Counted from the stretch's first letter, positions 9,674 through 19,820 are shown. The stretch is 64,000 nucleotides of DNA from Gemmatimonadales bacterium (GCA_035631315.1 DASQIZ010000115.1:2846-66845), one strand, 5' to 3'. Translations and numbers: made by a program. The notes: generated by a model from the sequence alone, not told the origin.

Positions 9674-12600
9674 ATGACGTGTCGAGGGCTCTCCCGCGGG
9701 ATCGTCGTGACGCTCAACACGATCATCCTTCCCAGTGCCGGGCGCGCGCAGGAGGCGACCACGCCAGCGCCCCTCACCGCGCTCCGCTGGCGGAGCGTGG
9801 GTCCCTACGTCGGGGGACGGGTGGTCGCGGTCGCGGGTATCCCCGGCAAGCACGTCTTCTACATGGGTGCCGTCGACGGCGGCGTGTGGAAGAGCACCGA
9901 CTACGGCACCGTCTGGACCAATCTCTCCGACAGCACCCTGCCGGGCTCGAGCCACAGCATCGGCGCCATCGCCGTGGCCGCCGCCAACCCCCAGGTGATC
10001 TACGTGGGCACGGGTGAAAGCGACATCCGGGCCGACGTTATCACCGGTGACGGCGTCTTCCGCTCGGCGGACGGCGGAAAGACGTGGCATGCGGCGGGCC
10101 TCGGAGATACGCACACGATCAGCAACCTGATCGTCGATCCCCGGAACCCCGACGTGGTCTACGCTTCATCGCTGGGTCACGTATTCGTGCCTGACCCCAA
10201 TCGCGGAGTCTTCAAGTCGACCGACGCCGGGAAAAGCTGGCAGCGCGTGCTCTTCGTGAACGACAGCACCGGCGTGGTGAACCTGGTCATGCAACCCGGC
10301 GCGCCCGATGTGCTCTACGCCGCCACCTGGCAGGCGTACCGGACACCGTGGTCCCTCTCGAGTGGCGGCGCAGGCAGCGGGATCTACAAGTCCGTCGACG
10401 GCGGCGCGCACTGGACCAACCTCTCGCACAATCCGGGCTTGCCGCAGGCCATGCTCGGCAAGATCGGCCTCGCCGTCGCCGCCTCGGCTCCCAACGTCGT
10501 CTATGCCGCCATCCAGGCGAAGGCGGGCGGCGTGTTCCGGTCAGACGACGGGGGCAATACCTGGACTGGCGTGAACGCCGAGTGGAAGCTCCGGCAGCGC
10601 GCCTTCTATTACATGGCGATTTTCGTCGATCCCACTGACGCGAATACCGTGTACATGCCCCAGGTCGACGTGCTCTACGTTTCCCACGACGGCGCCAAGA
10701 CCTTCACCAAACTCAACGCGCCGCACGGAGACCACCACACCCTCTGGATCGACCCCACCGATCCGGGCCTCCTCCTCGAGGGCAATGACGGCGGGGCCAC
10801 CATCTCGACCGACAGCGGGAAGACCTGGAGTAACGAGAACAACCAGCCGACGGGACAGTTCTACGACGTCAGCCTGGACGACCGGTTCCCGTTCCACCTG
10901 TATGGCGCGCAACAGGATGAAGGGGCCACCGAGGGACCCAGCGCGTCGTTCGCCGGCGTGATCCCGCTCGGCGAGTGGAAGCCGGCAGCGTCAGGTGAGA
11001 GCACACCCACGGTGGCACAGCCCGGAGATCCGGAGGTCACCTTCGGGGCCGGCTACTACAGTCTCTTTTTCAGTTACGATCAGAAGACCGGCGACCTGAA
11101 GAGCCTCAGTCCGTGGCCCTACTATCAGGACGCCGCGTCGTCGGCCGAGCTCAAGTATCGCTGGGCATGGACCCATCCCGTTCTCTTTTCGCCGAACAAC
11201 CCCCAGGAGATTCTGGTCGGGTCGCAGTACGTGATGCGTACTGACGATCATGGCGTCACGTGGCGGACCATCAGCCCCGATCTCACCCGGAACGACCCGG
11301 CGACCGAGGCGCCGACTGGCGGCCCGATCGACCTCGATCAGTCGGGCGCCGAGGTCTACCCCTCGGTGTCGGCGCTCGCCGTTTCGACGCGCGATGACAG
11401 TGTGATCTGGGCGGGGTCGGCCGACGGCCTGGTCCACGTGACCACAGACGGCGGAGCCCATTGGCAGGACGTGACGCCGCCGACGCTGCCGAAGTGGTCG
11501 GATATCAGCTCGGTCGAACCCTCGCACGTGGATCGCGGAACGGCCTATCTCACCGCTCAGCGGTACATGTGGGACGACTTCACGCCATACGTCTTCAAGA
11601 CGACCGACTTCGGCCGGCACTGGACGTCGATGACGACCGGACTCCCGAGGGACGAGTACGTCTTCGTCATTCGCCAGGATCCCGCTCAGGCGGACCTTCT
11701 GCTCCTTGGCACCAAGCGCATGGTGTACGCGAGCCTCGATGGTGCCGCGAGCTGGCATCCGCTCGCGCTCAATCTTCCGCCGGTGCAGGTGCGGGGTATC
11801 GCCTTCAACGCGCGGCAGGGAGACGTTGCGATCGCGACCCACGGGCGCGCGTTCTGGATCCTCGACAACCTGGCATTGCTGGAGCAGATGACCGGGCGCG
11901 CGGCTCCCGGGTCCGATCGCGCCGCCCTGTTCCGGCCGCAGGACGCCTGGCTGACGCATGCCTATGGGCAGGGGGAATTCGACCCGGCCCCCACCGATGC
12001 CGGCGAGAATCCGCCCTACGGTGCGCGGGTCTTTTTCCAGATCCCGAAGAGCTACAACGGCTCGACACCGGTCACGCTCTCCTTCACTGATTCGGGCGGC
12101 ACGCTGATCCGCGCGTTCCACCTGCATCTGAAGGACACCGCCAGCGTGACGCCGAAGCCGACGGATGACGACAAGGCGACGAGCGAACGGCGGGCCCAGA
12201 GCTTGAAGCGCCTCACCGCCATTACTCCCGGCATGAATCATTTCCAATGGAACCTGCGCTACGACGACGCGGCCGAAGTGAAAGGATTCTTCGCGCCAGA
12301 GGATGCCGCCGTCGCCAATGACGTGGGCGGGCCGGAAGTGGTTCCGGGTCACTATCGCGTGGTGCTGGATTACGGTGGGGAGAGGATCACGGCGCCATTC
12401 GATGTGACGCTCGATCCGCGGATTCGCGTGGGCGCGGATGCCCTGCGGGAACGGCTTGCGCTCCAGCTGCAGATCCACTCGACCCTTGATTCGCTGGACG
12501 TGGCCCTCAACCGCGCGATTGCCGTTCGCGACAGCCTGAAGGCCGCCGGCCGCGACTCGGCGTCACTCGCTCCGCTGGCGGTCGCGATCGACTCGCTCGA

Positions 12601-12820
12601 GGAGCTGTCGATCCATTCCAGCGAGGGCGACCTCCTCCACGAGCCCAAGCTGCGGACCCACCTCGGTCTTCTCGCCGGGCAGATCGACCTCGCCTATGCG
12701 GCGCCGACCCCGGCGCACGCGGCGGTCTACAAGGTGCTGGCCGAGGAGGCGCGGGTGGGGATGGCGCTGCTCAATGCGGCGATGGCGAAGCTCGGCGCCA
12801 TTTCGAGACCAATTCCGTAG
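9674..12820 (+). CDS. secreted BNR/sortilin(VPS10)-like repeat protein (glycosyl-hydrolase-like beta-propellers)
   Basis: About ten SxDxGxxW-type repeats (KSTDYGTVW, RSADGGKTW, KSTDAGKSW, KSVDGGAHW, RSDDGGNTW, ISTDSGKTW, RTDDHGVTW, VTTDGGAHW, KTTDFGRHW). The signal-like N-terminus starts at ATG 9674. Confidence 0.8.
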   Translation: MTCRGLSRGIVVTLNTIILPSAGRAQEATTPAPLTALRWRSVGPYVGGRVVAVAGIPGKHVFYMGAVDGGVWKSTDYGTVWTNLSDSTLPGSSHSIGAIAVAAANPQVIYVGTGESDIRADVITGDGVFRSADGGKTWHAAGLGDTHTISNLIVDPRNPDVVYASSLGHVFVPDPNRGVFKSTDAGKSWQRVLFVNDSTGVVNLVMQPGAPDVLYAATWQAYRTPWSLSSGGAGSGIYKSVDGGAHWTNLSHNPGLPQAMLGKIGLAVAASAPNVVYAAIQAKAGGVFRSDDGGNTWTGVNAEWKLRQRAFYYMAIFVDPTDANTVYMPQVDVLYVSHDGAKTFTKLNAPHGDHHTLWIDPTDPGLLLEGNDGGATISTDSGKTWSNENNQPTGQFYDVSLDDRFPFHLYGAQQDEGATEGPSASFAGVIPLGEWKPAASGESTPTVAQPGDPEVTFGAGYYSLFFSYDQKTGDLKSLSPWPYYQDAASSAELKYRWAWTHPVLFSPNNPQEILVGSQYVMRTDDHGVTWRTISPDLTRNDPATEAPTGGPIDLDQSGAEVYPSVSALAVSTRDDSVIWAGSADGLVHVTTDGGAHWQDVTPPTLPKWSDISSVEPSHVDRGTAYLTAQRYMWDDFTPYVFKTTDFGRHWTSMTTGLPRDEYVFVIRQDPAQADLLLLGTKRMVYASLDGAASWHPLALNLPPVQVRGIAFNARQGDVAIATHGRAFWILDNLALLEQMTGRAAPGSDRAALFRPQDAWLTHAYGQGEFDPAPTDAGENPPYGARVFFQIPKSYNGSTPVTLSFTDSGGTLIRAFHLHLKDTASVTPKPTDDDKATSERRAQSLKRLTAITPGMNHFQWNLRYDDAAEVKGFFAPEDAAVANDVGGPEVVPGHYRVVLDYGGERITAPFDVTLDPRIRVGADALRERLALQLQIHSTLDSLDVALNRAIAVRDSLKAAGRDSASLAPLAVAIDSLEELSIHSSEGDLLHEPKLRTHLGLLAGQIDLAYAAPTPAHAAVYKVLAEEARVGMALLNAAMAKLGAISRPIP

Positions 12821-14972
12821 CTGTCGCTACGGGGTTTCCTTCGGGCACCGTCCGATACGCATCCGTTTCTCGAGACCACCGCTGCTCCCACTCGCACGAT
12901 TCCGTCGCGAAGGGCACCCGATCGAACGTCGTGCCTGAGTCCAGCGACCGGTTGAGCCGCGTGAAGAGATCCCTCCACCGCGGCAGGAAGTACCGGCCGA
13001 ACATGCCCTGCCATTCCTTATATGCGTAGAGGTTGAGGTCGTCGTTCTCACCCTCCGTGCATTTCGTGCCCCAGAGCGTGATCAAGTTCCGCGCGTTCCA
13101 CTCAAAGAGCCGCCGTTCGACGTCCGTTCCGCCCCAGCGCTTGGCGTCACTCAGCCAACGACCCAGCAGGAACTCCGGACGTGTGCCGACGAGGTGATCC
13201 AGATCGCTAAGCAGGGACTCCACGTCTCCCTCGGCCACGATGAGCGCCTTCCGGTCTCTGCGGTCGTATGCCTCTTCCACTCGATTGACGAGGGGCAGCC
13301 CGAGCCCGTCGAGCACCTGTCGGGTGAGATTGACGACGTCGTACCGGTAAGCGTCCTGGCCCTCAAGTCGTGGAGCCGCTGCGAGGAGGGAATCGAGCGC
13401 TTCCGCCAGGAGCTTGCCGTCGTATGGCGGAATGGGCTCCGACCGGTACGCTCTCCCTTTCACATAGAACTGAGGCCGCTCCGCCAGGAAATTTCCGGTC
13501 TGCGCTGCCGACCGGAACGCGGTCGCGAGCAGGAGCTGCCAGGCGCTCCAAGCAGACTGATCGAAACGCCCGTAGCGGCGCGTGACCCAGTCGCGCGTCC
13601 AGGCGGTGACGTCTGGCACGGTGTCACGCCAGATCTGGCTCAGCACGAAGTCGGGCACGATGGGGTTGGTGCCGAGGCCTTCCATCGTCATGCCGAGTCC
13701 TTCGAGGCGGCCGCGCTCGGGACTCGTGATCGCGCTGTCGAGATTGGCGGCGATCCTCGGCAGGTCGCCATTCACGCTGACTTTGCCACCGAAGTTGTAC
13801 AGCACGTTCCAGATCCAGGGTTTGCCGTAGAACGCGTGGCGCTTTTTCCAGGCGGGTGACCGGTCTCCCCAGAGGTCGAGCATCAGCATGTGGTCGTTGG
13901 GCACGGCGCCGAGCATCGCTTCGGCCTGCGGGTCCTTCCAGAAGTTGGCCTGATAGACCAGGAACCATCCCTGGATCACCCACGTCGCGGTGGTGTCGGC
14001 TGAGTGCATCGCGCCGTAGATCGCGCCTCCCATGTGCGCGATGAACGCGGAGTCGTCGGATGGCGGGTTGATCTCGTTGAACGGATCGGCGGCGTAGAGG
14101 TGATCGGTGCCGAAGAGCTCGGTCTGCCGCTCGATGAACCGCTTGCCCATCCGCTGAAACAACGAATCCTCAGGATCGAGAAACCACGTTCCCGGGAATC
14201 CTGCGGACCAGTCGCCGGTCTGATGGATGCGCGTGCCCGGGATGACGTCGGTGATCGACTTCGGGACATGCCCGGTGAAGCCCTGAAGGACCGGCGTCAT
14301 GCCGAGTGACCGCTCGCGGGCGAGAATTTCCTTTTCGAGCGTGATGTGGGAGTCGATCCAGCTGTCGGGGAGCGGTCCGCCGAGTCCGTCGATGTTGGCC
14401 ATCCAGCCCCACGGGAAGTACGCGGGACCCACCAGAAAATCGGCGATCTGCTTTCGCGAGAATCCGAAATCGCCGAGTACTTCTCGCCAGATGGCTTCCT
14501 GTCCGGTAACGGCGAGGGGCGCGTTGATGCCCTTCAGTGCCATCCAGTCGATCATCGCCTGCCAGTCTCGCCAGTTCCACCACGCCATCGAGTACGAGAA
14601 GGTGCAGTAGTTGAAGAAGTAGCGGACGCGGTAGGGCGACACGACGTGCACCGGAGCCTGGACTCTTGGCAGCGGACTGGGCAGAGAAATGGGCGTGAGG
14701 GGCAATGGGGGGTTCACGCCGGCGACATGCTCGAGGTACCAGTCGAGTGCCGACGCGATGGCGACCCCGGAGGATCCACGGAGCACGACTTTCGCCCCTC
14801 GGCTCTCAATCTCGAAAACATCGAGGCCCGCGCTGTCTGGAATGGCGGCGACCTCGAACTGTGCCCCGCTCGTCGCCACCACCCGGGCCACGAGTGCCCG
14901 GGCGGCGACGAGGTCGACAGGATGCGGACTTTGGAGACCGGCTGTTACAAGGACGAGAGTGAGCAGTGTCAT
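12771..14972 (-). CDS. alpha-N-acetylglucosaminidase (GH89, NAGLU-like)
   Basis: YFFNYCTFSYSMAWWNWRDWQAMIDWMALKGINAPLAVTGQEAIWREV closely parallels the conserved NAGLU core. Signal-like start MTLLTLVLVTAG at 14972. Confidence 0.85.
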   Translation of the reverse strand: MTLLTLVLVTAGLQSPHPVDLVAARALVARVVATSGAQFEVAAIPDSAGLDVFEIESRGAKVVLRGSSGVAIASALDWYLEHVAGVNPPLPLTPISLPSPLPRVQAPVHVVSPYRVRYFFNYCTFSYSMAWWNWRDWQAMIDWMALKGINAPLAVTGQEAIWREVLGDFGFSRKQIADFLVGPAYFPWGWMANIDGLGGPLPDSWIDSHITLEKEILARERSLGMTPVLQGFTGHVPKSITDVIPGTRIHQTGDWSAGFPGTWFLDPEDSLFQRMGKRFIERQTELFGTDHLYAADPFNEINPPSDDSAFIAHMGGAIYGAMHSADTTATWVIQGWFLVYQANFWKDPQAEAMLGAVPNDHMLMLDLWGDRSPAWKKRHAFYGKPWIWNVLYNFGGKVSVNGDLPRIAANLDSAITSPERGRLEGLGMTMEGLGTNPIVPDFVLSQIWRDTVPDVTAWTRDWVTRRYGRFDQSAWSAWQLLLATAFRSAAQTGNFLAERPQFYVKGRAYRSEPIPPYDGKLLAEALDSLLAAAPRLEGQDAYRYDVVNLTRQVLDGLGLPLVNRVEEAYDRRDRKALIVAEGDVESLLSDLDHLVGTRPEFLLGRWLSDAKRWGGTDVERRLFEWNARNLITLWGTKCTEGENDDLNLYAYKEWQGMFGRYFLPRWRDLFTRLNRSLDSGTTFDRVPFATESCEWEQRWSRETDAYRTVPEGNPVATATELVSKWRRASPSPH

Positions 14973-15068
14973 TGGGCAATCATAGCCCCACAGGGAGGAG
15001 TTGCCTGCGCTCGGTTTGTGCATCAGAATCCCGTACCGTCGTCTCTAGCCTATCCTCGAGGTGATCAC

Positions 15069-18000
15069 GTGCCGTCACGCGCCGTCCGGATACTCCCGCT
15101 CGCCCTGTTGCTGGTTCCCGGTGCCGCCTCCGCGCAGTCGCTGAAGCTTTCGCGGGCGGCCGCGTCGCCAGTCAGCGAAGACTCCATCTACGCCCTTCGC
15201 GTCGACTCGGCGGCCTACCCCGGTCACGACGTCGTCCTGCTCCTCGACGAGGTCACGGTGAAGGCCGAGGCCGATGGGCGCTACGTCTACACGCTCCACC
15301 GGGTGGTGCAGCTCCTGAACTCCGATGCCGTAGACAACTGGGGGCAAATCACGTTCTGGTACAACAAGGACCGGCAACGGGCGACGCTGAACCATCTCCG
15401 AGTCATCGGCCCCGACGGAAAGATTCTTCAGGATGGACCGGCGCATCGCGAGGACGTGAATCCTCCCGCCGATCAGGGCGCGCCCGAAATCACGGACCGG
15501 CGCGGCATTCAGGTCACCGTGGGCTCCCTCGCCCCGGGCGTCCTGATCGACTACAGCTACACCGCTGAGAAGCTGAAACCGCCCGTCGCTGGGGACTTCT
15601 CCTACTTCTGGGACATCAACGGCGAACCGCCCATCAGGCGGTCGCGCTTCACGCTCGATGCACCGGTCACGCTCAAGGCCAACGTGCGTACTCGGAACCT
15701 GGCGGGCGACCCGGTCGATACGGTGATCGCGGGCCGGCGGATCCGGCACTGGGATCTCGCAGACCTCCCGTCCGTGAACCGCCAGCGCTACGCGGGGTCC
15801 CCCAATGGCGTCCAGGCCTGGATCTGGGTGAGTGGGAACGTCACCTGGAAGGACATCGGAAACTGGTACGACTCGCTCGCGACCGGTCGGTACGAGCTTC
15901 CCGCGGCGGTCCTCACCGCGCACGCCCAGCAGCTCAAAGGCGCGAAGACGCTCACCGATTCGCTGAGTGCGACGTACCGCTGGGTCTCGCAGGACATGCG
16001 CTACGTGTCGCTCTCGCTGGGCGATGGCAGCTATCAGCCCCGCACGCCGCGCGAGGTGTTCGACTCCCGCTTTGGAGACTGCAAAGACAAGGCGACGATG
16101 TTCATCGCCCTCGCGCGCCACATGGGCGTCACCGCCTATCCGGTGCTGCTGTCTTCCGATGGAGGCGTCGACTCGCTGCAACCGAGTATCGCGCAATTCG
16201 ACCACATGATCGCGGCGGCGCAGTACGGTGGGACCACCCACTACCTCGACCTCACAGATCCACTCCTGCCGTTCGGCGTGATGGAGACCGCGCAGGAGGG
16301 GGAGATCGGGCTTGCCCTGCCGGCGACTGGTCCCAGGGTTGTCGTGTTCCCGCCATCATCCGCGGACAGCAACTGGCACAACCTGGAAGTCGGCGGAGGG
16401 TTCGGAGCGGATGGCCGCTTCATCGGGCACTTGACGCTGAGGGCTGGGGGCACCGAACAGGGCAACCTTCGCGATGAGCTGGCTGGACTGGGGCAGAAGG
16501 AGCCCGCCGAGCTTGCTGACGCCATCCGCAAGCACGTCACCGAGCTTTGGCAGAGCGCTACGGTGGACAGCCAGCGCTACACGGACGGCCATGACCTGCG
16601 TACGCCGGTCAACCTTACGGTCTGGTTCACGGCTCCCCGGATCATGGGACGTCTCGATAACGGCAAGTACTACTTCAATCTTCCCTTCGGCCGGTTCGTG
16701 GTCGCCGAAGACCTCAACAAGCTGGACGGGGAGGGCGCGCGCCGGTATCCGATCGACATCGGCCAGGTCAACAGCCCGTCGATCTACCGCATGATCCTGG
16801 ACGTCCAGCTGCCCGAGGGCTGGCAGGCCGAGTTGCCGCATGACGCCACGGTGCAGGGGCCGTTCGGGTTTTACCGGGCACGGTATAGCCAGGCCGGGCG
16901 GACGCTGCACGTCTCCCGCGAGATGGGAGGCGCGCGTGGGGTGTTGCCTCCGGATAGCATCAAGGCCCTGCATCAATGGCTCGCCTCGGTCGAAGCGGAC
17001 CGCACCGGAATGATCGAGCTGAGCCGCGGCACCGGCGAGGACCTGCTCGCCACTGGCACGACCTCGACGATCACGAAGGGCGACCTCCCCGACCTCCTCC
17101 TGGGCGCGACCGATGTCTCCAACGACGCCAAGGTGACCCAGGAGGGCACGAACGAGGGCTCGAGCGACTTCCTCACGGTGTCGTCGACGCAACCGCTCGA
17201 GTCGTACCACCGCTCCTTCGGACCACGGCAGACGCTCTTCAATGCGGGCTCCACGCGCCTCATTGCACTCCAGTCCTTTGCCGCCGCGTACCACTCGGCG
17301 CCGGAAGCGCAGTGGATGATCGACGCTCTGGGCATGTTCGATATCCCGCGGTTTCTGATGGCGTACGTGCGTCAGCAAGGTGCCGCTCAGGACGTGAAGA
17401 TCGACACCATTCGCACGCTCTCACTCACGGGAATCGGGGACAAGGCAGCTGGCTGGGTATTCCAGATCAGTACGCCGCTCACGACCCTCGATCTGGGGAT
17501 GGTGGTCGCGACCCGCAACCGCGTGTCCGAGTCGATGCTGGCGGTCGGACTGAAGGGCATGCAGGACTCGGACATGATCAATCTCTTCCGGCTGGTGGAC
17601 ACACGGGTCGGGCAGCAGGACGCCTACAAGCATGACGTCGCCAAGGAAATCGTGGACACCACTGGGGATGGAGCCGTCGACTCCGCGCTGCGAGCTTCCA
17701 CGTCGCTCGCGCTTGGCAACGTCGCGCCGCCCGCCGTCGATTCGCCCTCGACCATTCGCAGCTTGATCTTCCGGCACGAGAATGGGTGGCCTCAGTACGA
17801 GACCGGCTTCCGCGGGAAGGCCTTCACCTTCCCCTTCGGCAAGGCCGCGGCCGCCGAGATCAAGATTACGGTCACGCAGCACAAGACACCGGCGCAGGCG
17901 GTGCAGCAGGTCCTTGCCCTGCAGCGTGAGAATCGGAAGGAAGTGATGCAGGAAGCGGCGGGAGACGTCGTGGGGTTCGGAAGCCTGTTCGTCGACTCGA

Positions 18001-18695
18001 CCGGGACTGACACCACCAACTATGAGGTGGTTACGGAGTCTCGCATCGGGGAGTGGTCGGCGGCCCGTCACGCCAAGCTTCGTGGCATGCTCCGGTCGGA
18101 TCTCGAAGACGTCGTGTTCGCGAGGGGCGCGATCAGTGTGAAGGTCAAGGTGACGCGGCCGAGTGGTCAGACCGACATGGCCGCCACGGTGGCACTCGCC
18201 AACGACGTGTTGCGCCGACTCAAGACCGTGGACCCGAGTGGCAGTGAAACGGCGCCGTCCGGGGTCCTGGTATCCGCCATCGCCAAGGTGGTCGACGCCG
18301 ACCATCAGGTCGACAGTCTCGCCGAGGCGAAGAAGATCGACGCCGCGTTCTCCGCGATGGATGCGGCGGACCTCGCCAAGGCTCCAGTGACCTTCAACGC
18401 GCAGACCTGGAACAGTCTCTGCTGGTGGGGGAGTCTGAATGGCCAGGCGAAGCGCGCCCAGGCGGCATGCGACGCGGCCGTGGCGGCAGACACGACCGAC
18501 CTGGCGATTCGAGACAGCCGCGGATTGCAGCGTGCGCTGGCGGGGGACTTGAACGGCGCGCGGGACGACTTCGCGTACATCGTGGCGAACGTGGCTCCCG
18601 GCGCATTCAAGGACCGGCGTTCGCAGTGGCTCTCGACCCTCCGGGAGGGGAAGAACCCGTTCACGCCGGCGCTGGTGGACGAATTGAAGAAGTGA
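15069..18695 (+). CDS. large secreted DUF3857 / transglutaminase-like cysteine peptidase domain protein
   Basis: GTG at 15069 after GAGGTGA gives the signal VPSRAVRILPLALLLVPGAASAQS. Transglutaminase core FGDCKDKATMFIALARHMGV. The upstream part of ORF 14346.. is antisense to NAGLU and is rejected. Confidence 0.8.
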   Translation: MPSRAVRILPLALLLVPGAASAQSLKLSRAAASPVSEDSIYALRVDSAAYPGHDVVLLLDEVTVKAEADGRYVYTLHRVVQLLNSDAVDNWGQITFWYNKDRQRATLNHLRVIGPDGKILQDGPAHREDVNPPADQGAPEITDRRGIQVTVGSLAPGVLIDYSYTAEKLKPPVAGDFSYFWDINGEPPIRRSRFTLDAPVTLKANVRTRNLAGDPVDTVIAGRRIRHWDLADLPSVNRQRYAGSPNGVQAWIWVSGNVTWKDIGNWYDSLATGRYELPAAVLTAHAQQLKGAKTLTDSLSATYRWVSQDMRYVSLSLGDGSYQPRTPREVFDSRFGDCKDKATMFIALARHMGVTAYPVLLSSDGGVDSLQPSIAQFDHMIAAAQYGGTTHYLDLTDPLLPFGVMETAQEGEIGLALPATGPRVVVFPPSSADSNWHNLEVGGGFGADGRFIGHLTLRAGGTEQGNLRDELAGLGQKEPAELADAIRKHVTELWQSATVDSQRYTDGHDLRTPVNLTVWFTAPRIMGRLDNGKYYFNLPFGRFVVAEDLNKLDGEGARRYPIDIGQVNSPSIYRMILDVQLPEGWQAELPHDATVQGPFGFYRARYSQAGRTLHVSREMGGARGVLPPDSIKALHQWLASVEADRTGMIELSRGTGEDLLATGTTSTITKGDLPDLLLGATDVSNDAKVTQEGTNEGSSDFLTVSSTQPLESYHRSFGPRQTLFNAGSTRLIALQSFAAAYHSAPEAQWMIDALGMFDIPRFLMAYVRQQGAAQDVKIDTIRTLSLTGIGDKAAGWVFQISTPLTTLDLGMVVATRNRVSESMLAVGLKGMQDSDMINLFRLVDTRVGQQDAYKHDVAKEIVDTTGDGAVDSALRASTSLALGNVAPPAVDSPSTIRSLIFRHENGWPQYETGFRGKAFTFPFGKAAAAEIKITVTQHKTPAQAVQQVLALQRENRKEVMQEAAGDVVGFGSLFVDSTGTDTTNYEVVTESRIGEWSAARHAKLRGMLRSDLEDVVFARGAISVKVKVTRPSGQTDMAATVALANDVLRRLKTVDPSGSETAPSGVLVSAIAKVVDADHQVDSLAEAKKIDAAFSAMDAADLAKAPVTFNAQTWNSLCWWGSLNGQAKRAQAACDAAVAADTTDLAIRDSRGLQRALAGDLNGARDDFAYIVANVAPGAFKDRRSQWLSTLREGKNPFTPALVDELKK

Positions 18696-18758
18696 TGCGC
18701 GAGCGGATGGCCCCGGGCCCTGCGAGACAGGCCCGGCGGCCCGGGGTCTCTGGTCTGC

Positions 18759-19106
18759 CTAGTCCTCTTCCACGAACGCCTTGAGCCGTGCCGCCGCCGC
18801 ATCCCACTGCGCAGCGACCTGATCCAGATACGCCTTCGCTTTTTCCAATCGCTTCATGTCGAGATCCCAGATCTGTTCGCGCCCTTTGCGTTTGTGCCGT
18901 ACCAGGCCGGCTTCGCCCAGGGCGTAGAGGTGTCGCGTGATGGCCTGGCGCGTGACGTCTTCCTGTTCGGAGAGCCGGGTGATCGACAGCGACCCCTCCG
19001 ACGAGAGCCGCCGCAGCAACCGGAGCCGTGTGGCGTCCGCCAACGCGGCGAACACCGGCACGGCCTCGGTCTCTTTCAGCTGAGCAGCCGTCCCGCTACG
19101 CGACAT
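18759..19106 (-). CDS. ArsR/SmtB-family transcriptional regulator
   Basis: VFAALADATRLRLLRRL...SITRLSEQEDVTRQAITRHLYALGEAGLV winged-helix pattern. Overlaps the upstream SRPBCC gene by 11 nt. Confidence 0.85.
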   Translation of the reverse strand: MSRSGTAAQLKETEAVPVFAALADATRLRLLRRLSSEGSLSITRLSEQEDVTRQAITRHLYALGEAGLVRHKRKGREQIWDLDMKRLEKAKAYLDQVAAQWDAAAARLKAFVEED

Positions 19107-19566
19107 ACTTGGTGAGGTTCTTCACCTGGCCCGTCCACCCGCCGTCGTTCATCCGGAACGCCTCAGCGCGCCGGGCGAGCGGGATCCGGTCGAACCCGGA
19201 CTCGACGATCGTCACGGCAGTTCCGCCCTGGACCTCCTCGAGCGTGAACTCCACGAGCGTCGTGGGCTCCTGCGAGTAGTCGACGTTCGGATCCGAGGGG
19301 TAGGGGTGCCAGCGATACGAGAAGTACCGCTCGGCCTCGATCTTCTCGACCATGAACTCGACCTTGAAGTGCTCGTAGCCCTTGGCGGTGATGTTGCCGC
19401 GGGTGGTCTTCCCGGCCACGAACGGGTCGGTGAGGTTGATCCCGAACCAGGTGCTGAACTGCCTGGAGTCCGAAACTGCGCGCCAGACCTTCGCCAGCGG
19501 GGCGCGGACTTCGAAGTGTTTTTCGATGCGGTCGGTGCTCTGCGTCTCTGCGGTCATGGTGGTCAT
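19096..19566 (-). CDS. SRPBCC/AHSA1-like domain protein
   Basis: IEKHFEVRAPLAKVWRAVSDSRQFSTWFG N-terminus typical of Aha1/SRPBCC proteins commonly paired with ArsR regulators. Confidence 0.8.
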   Translation of the reverse strand: MTTMTAETQSTDRIEKHFEVRAPLAKVWRAVSDSRQFSTWFGINLTDPFVAGKTTRGNITAKGYEHFKVEFMVEKIEAERYFSYRWHPYPSDPNVDYSQEPTTLVEFTLEEVQGGTAVTIVESGFDRIPLARRAEAFRMNDGGWTGQVKNLTKYVA

Positions 19567-19592
19567 CGTCCTGTCCCTCGGGTGTATGATGA

Positions 19593-19657
19593 ATATGCAA
19601 CTGCTATGTTGCGTATGATAGGGGGTGGGGACGGAAAGCGCAACCTATATGTTGCAT
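19593..19657. promoter_or_regulatory. two GCAAC-N6-GTTGC palindromes (19597..19612 and 19640..19655), probable ArsR-family operator
   Basis: ATATGCAAC-tgctat-GTTGCGTAT and GCGCAAC-ctatat-GTTGCAT, read directly. Centres are 43 bp apart, 30-90 bp upstream of the SRPBCC-ArsR operon start. Confidence 0.55.
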
Positions 19658-19688
19658 TATTGAAAAGGCCAGGATTGTGTTCACTGCG

Positions 19689-19820
19689 CCCCGGCGTCAG
19701 CCACGGGGGTTTACCGAAAATCAGCCCGGAGTTACCAAAACATCGGTCGGCCGGGGTTACCAAAAAAATCGGCCAAGGTCCCATGGTCGGTCGGGGTTCC
19801 TCAAGGTGGTGCCGGGGTTC
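19689..19820. repeat. array of five CGGGGTT(A/C)C-like boxes, three followed by A-tracts
   Basis: Boxes at 19704, 19726, 19751, 19791 and 19812. The first three form about 25-bp tandem units (..GGTTACCAAAAA..ATCGG..). Confidence 0.6.

Noticed and set aside
10991-12478. Long antisense ORFs in many genes (for example 10991..12478, 15075..16241, 20111..21406, 24634..25629, 25377..26540, 34976..35959, 42137..43372, 43656..45299, 62708..63568)
   Set aside because: These are typical shadow ORFs of high-G+C DNA. Their products are Arg/Pro/Gly-rich and low in complexity, and they lie opposite genes with clear family motifs.
12771-12820. 50-bp 3' overlap of convergent genes (BNR protein and GH89). 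A similar 26-bp overlap occurs at 57823..57848.
   Set aside because: Both stops are fixed and both genes are well supported. Short convergent overlaps are ordinary in compact high-G+C genomes and do not indicate a special element.
14346-15068. N-terminal 241 codons of the 1449-aa ORF 14346..18695
   Set aside because: This part is antisense to the well-supported GH89 gene. A good ribosome-binding site, GTG start and signal peptide begin at 15069.
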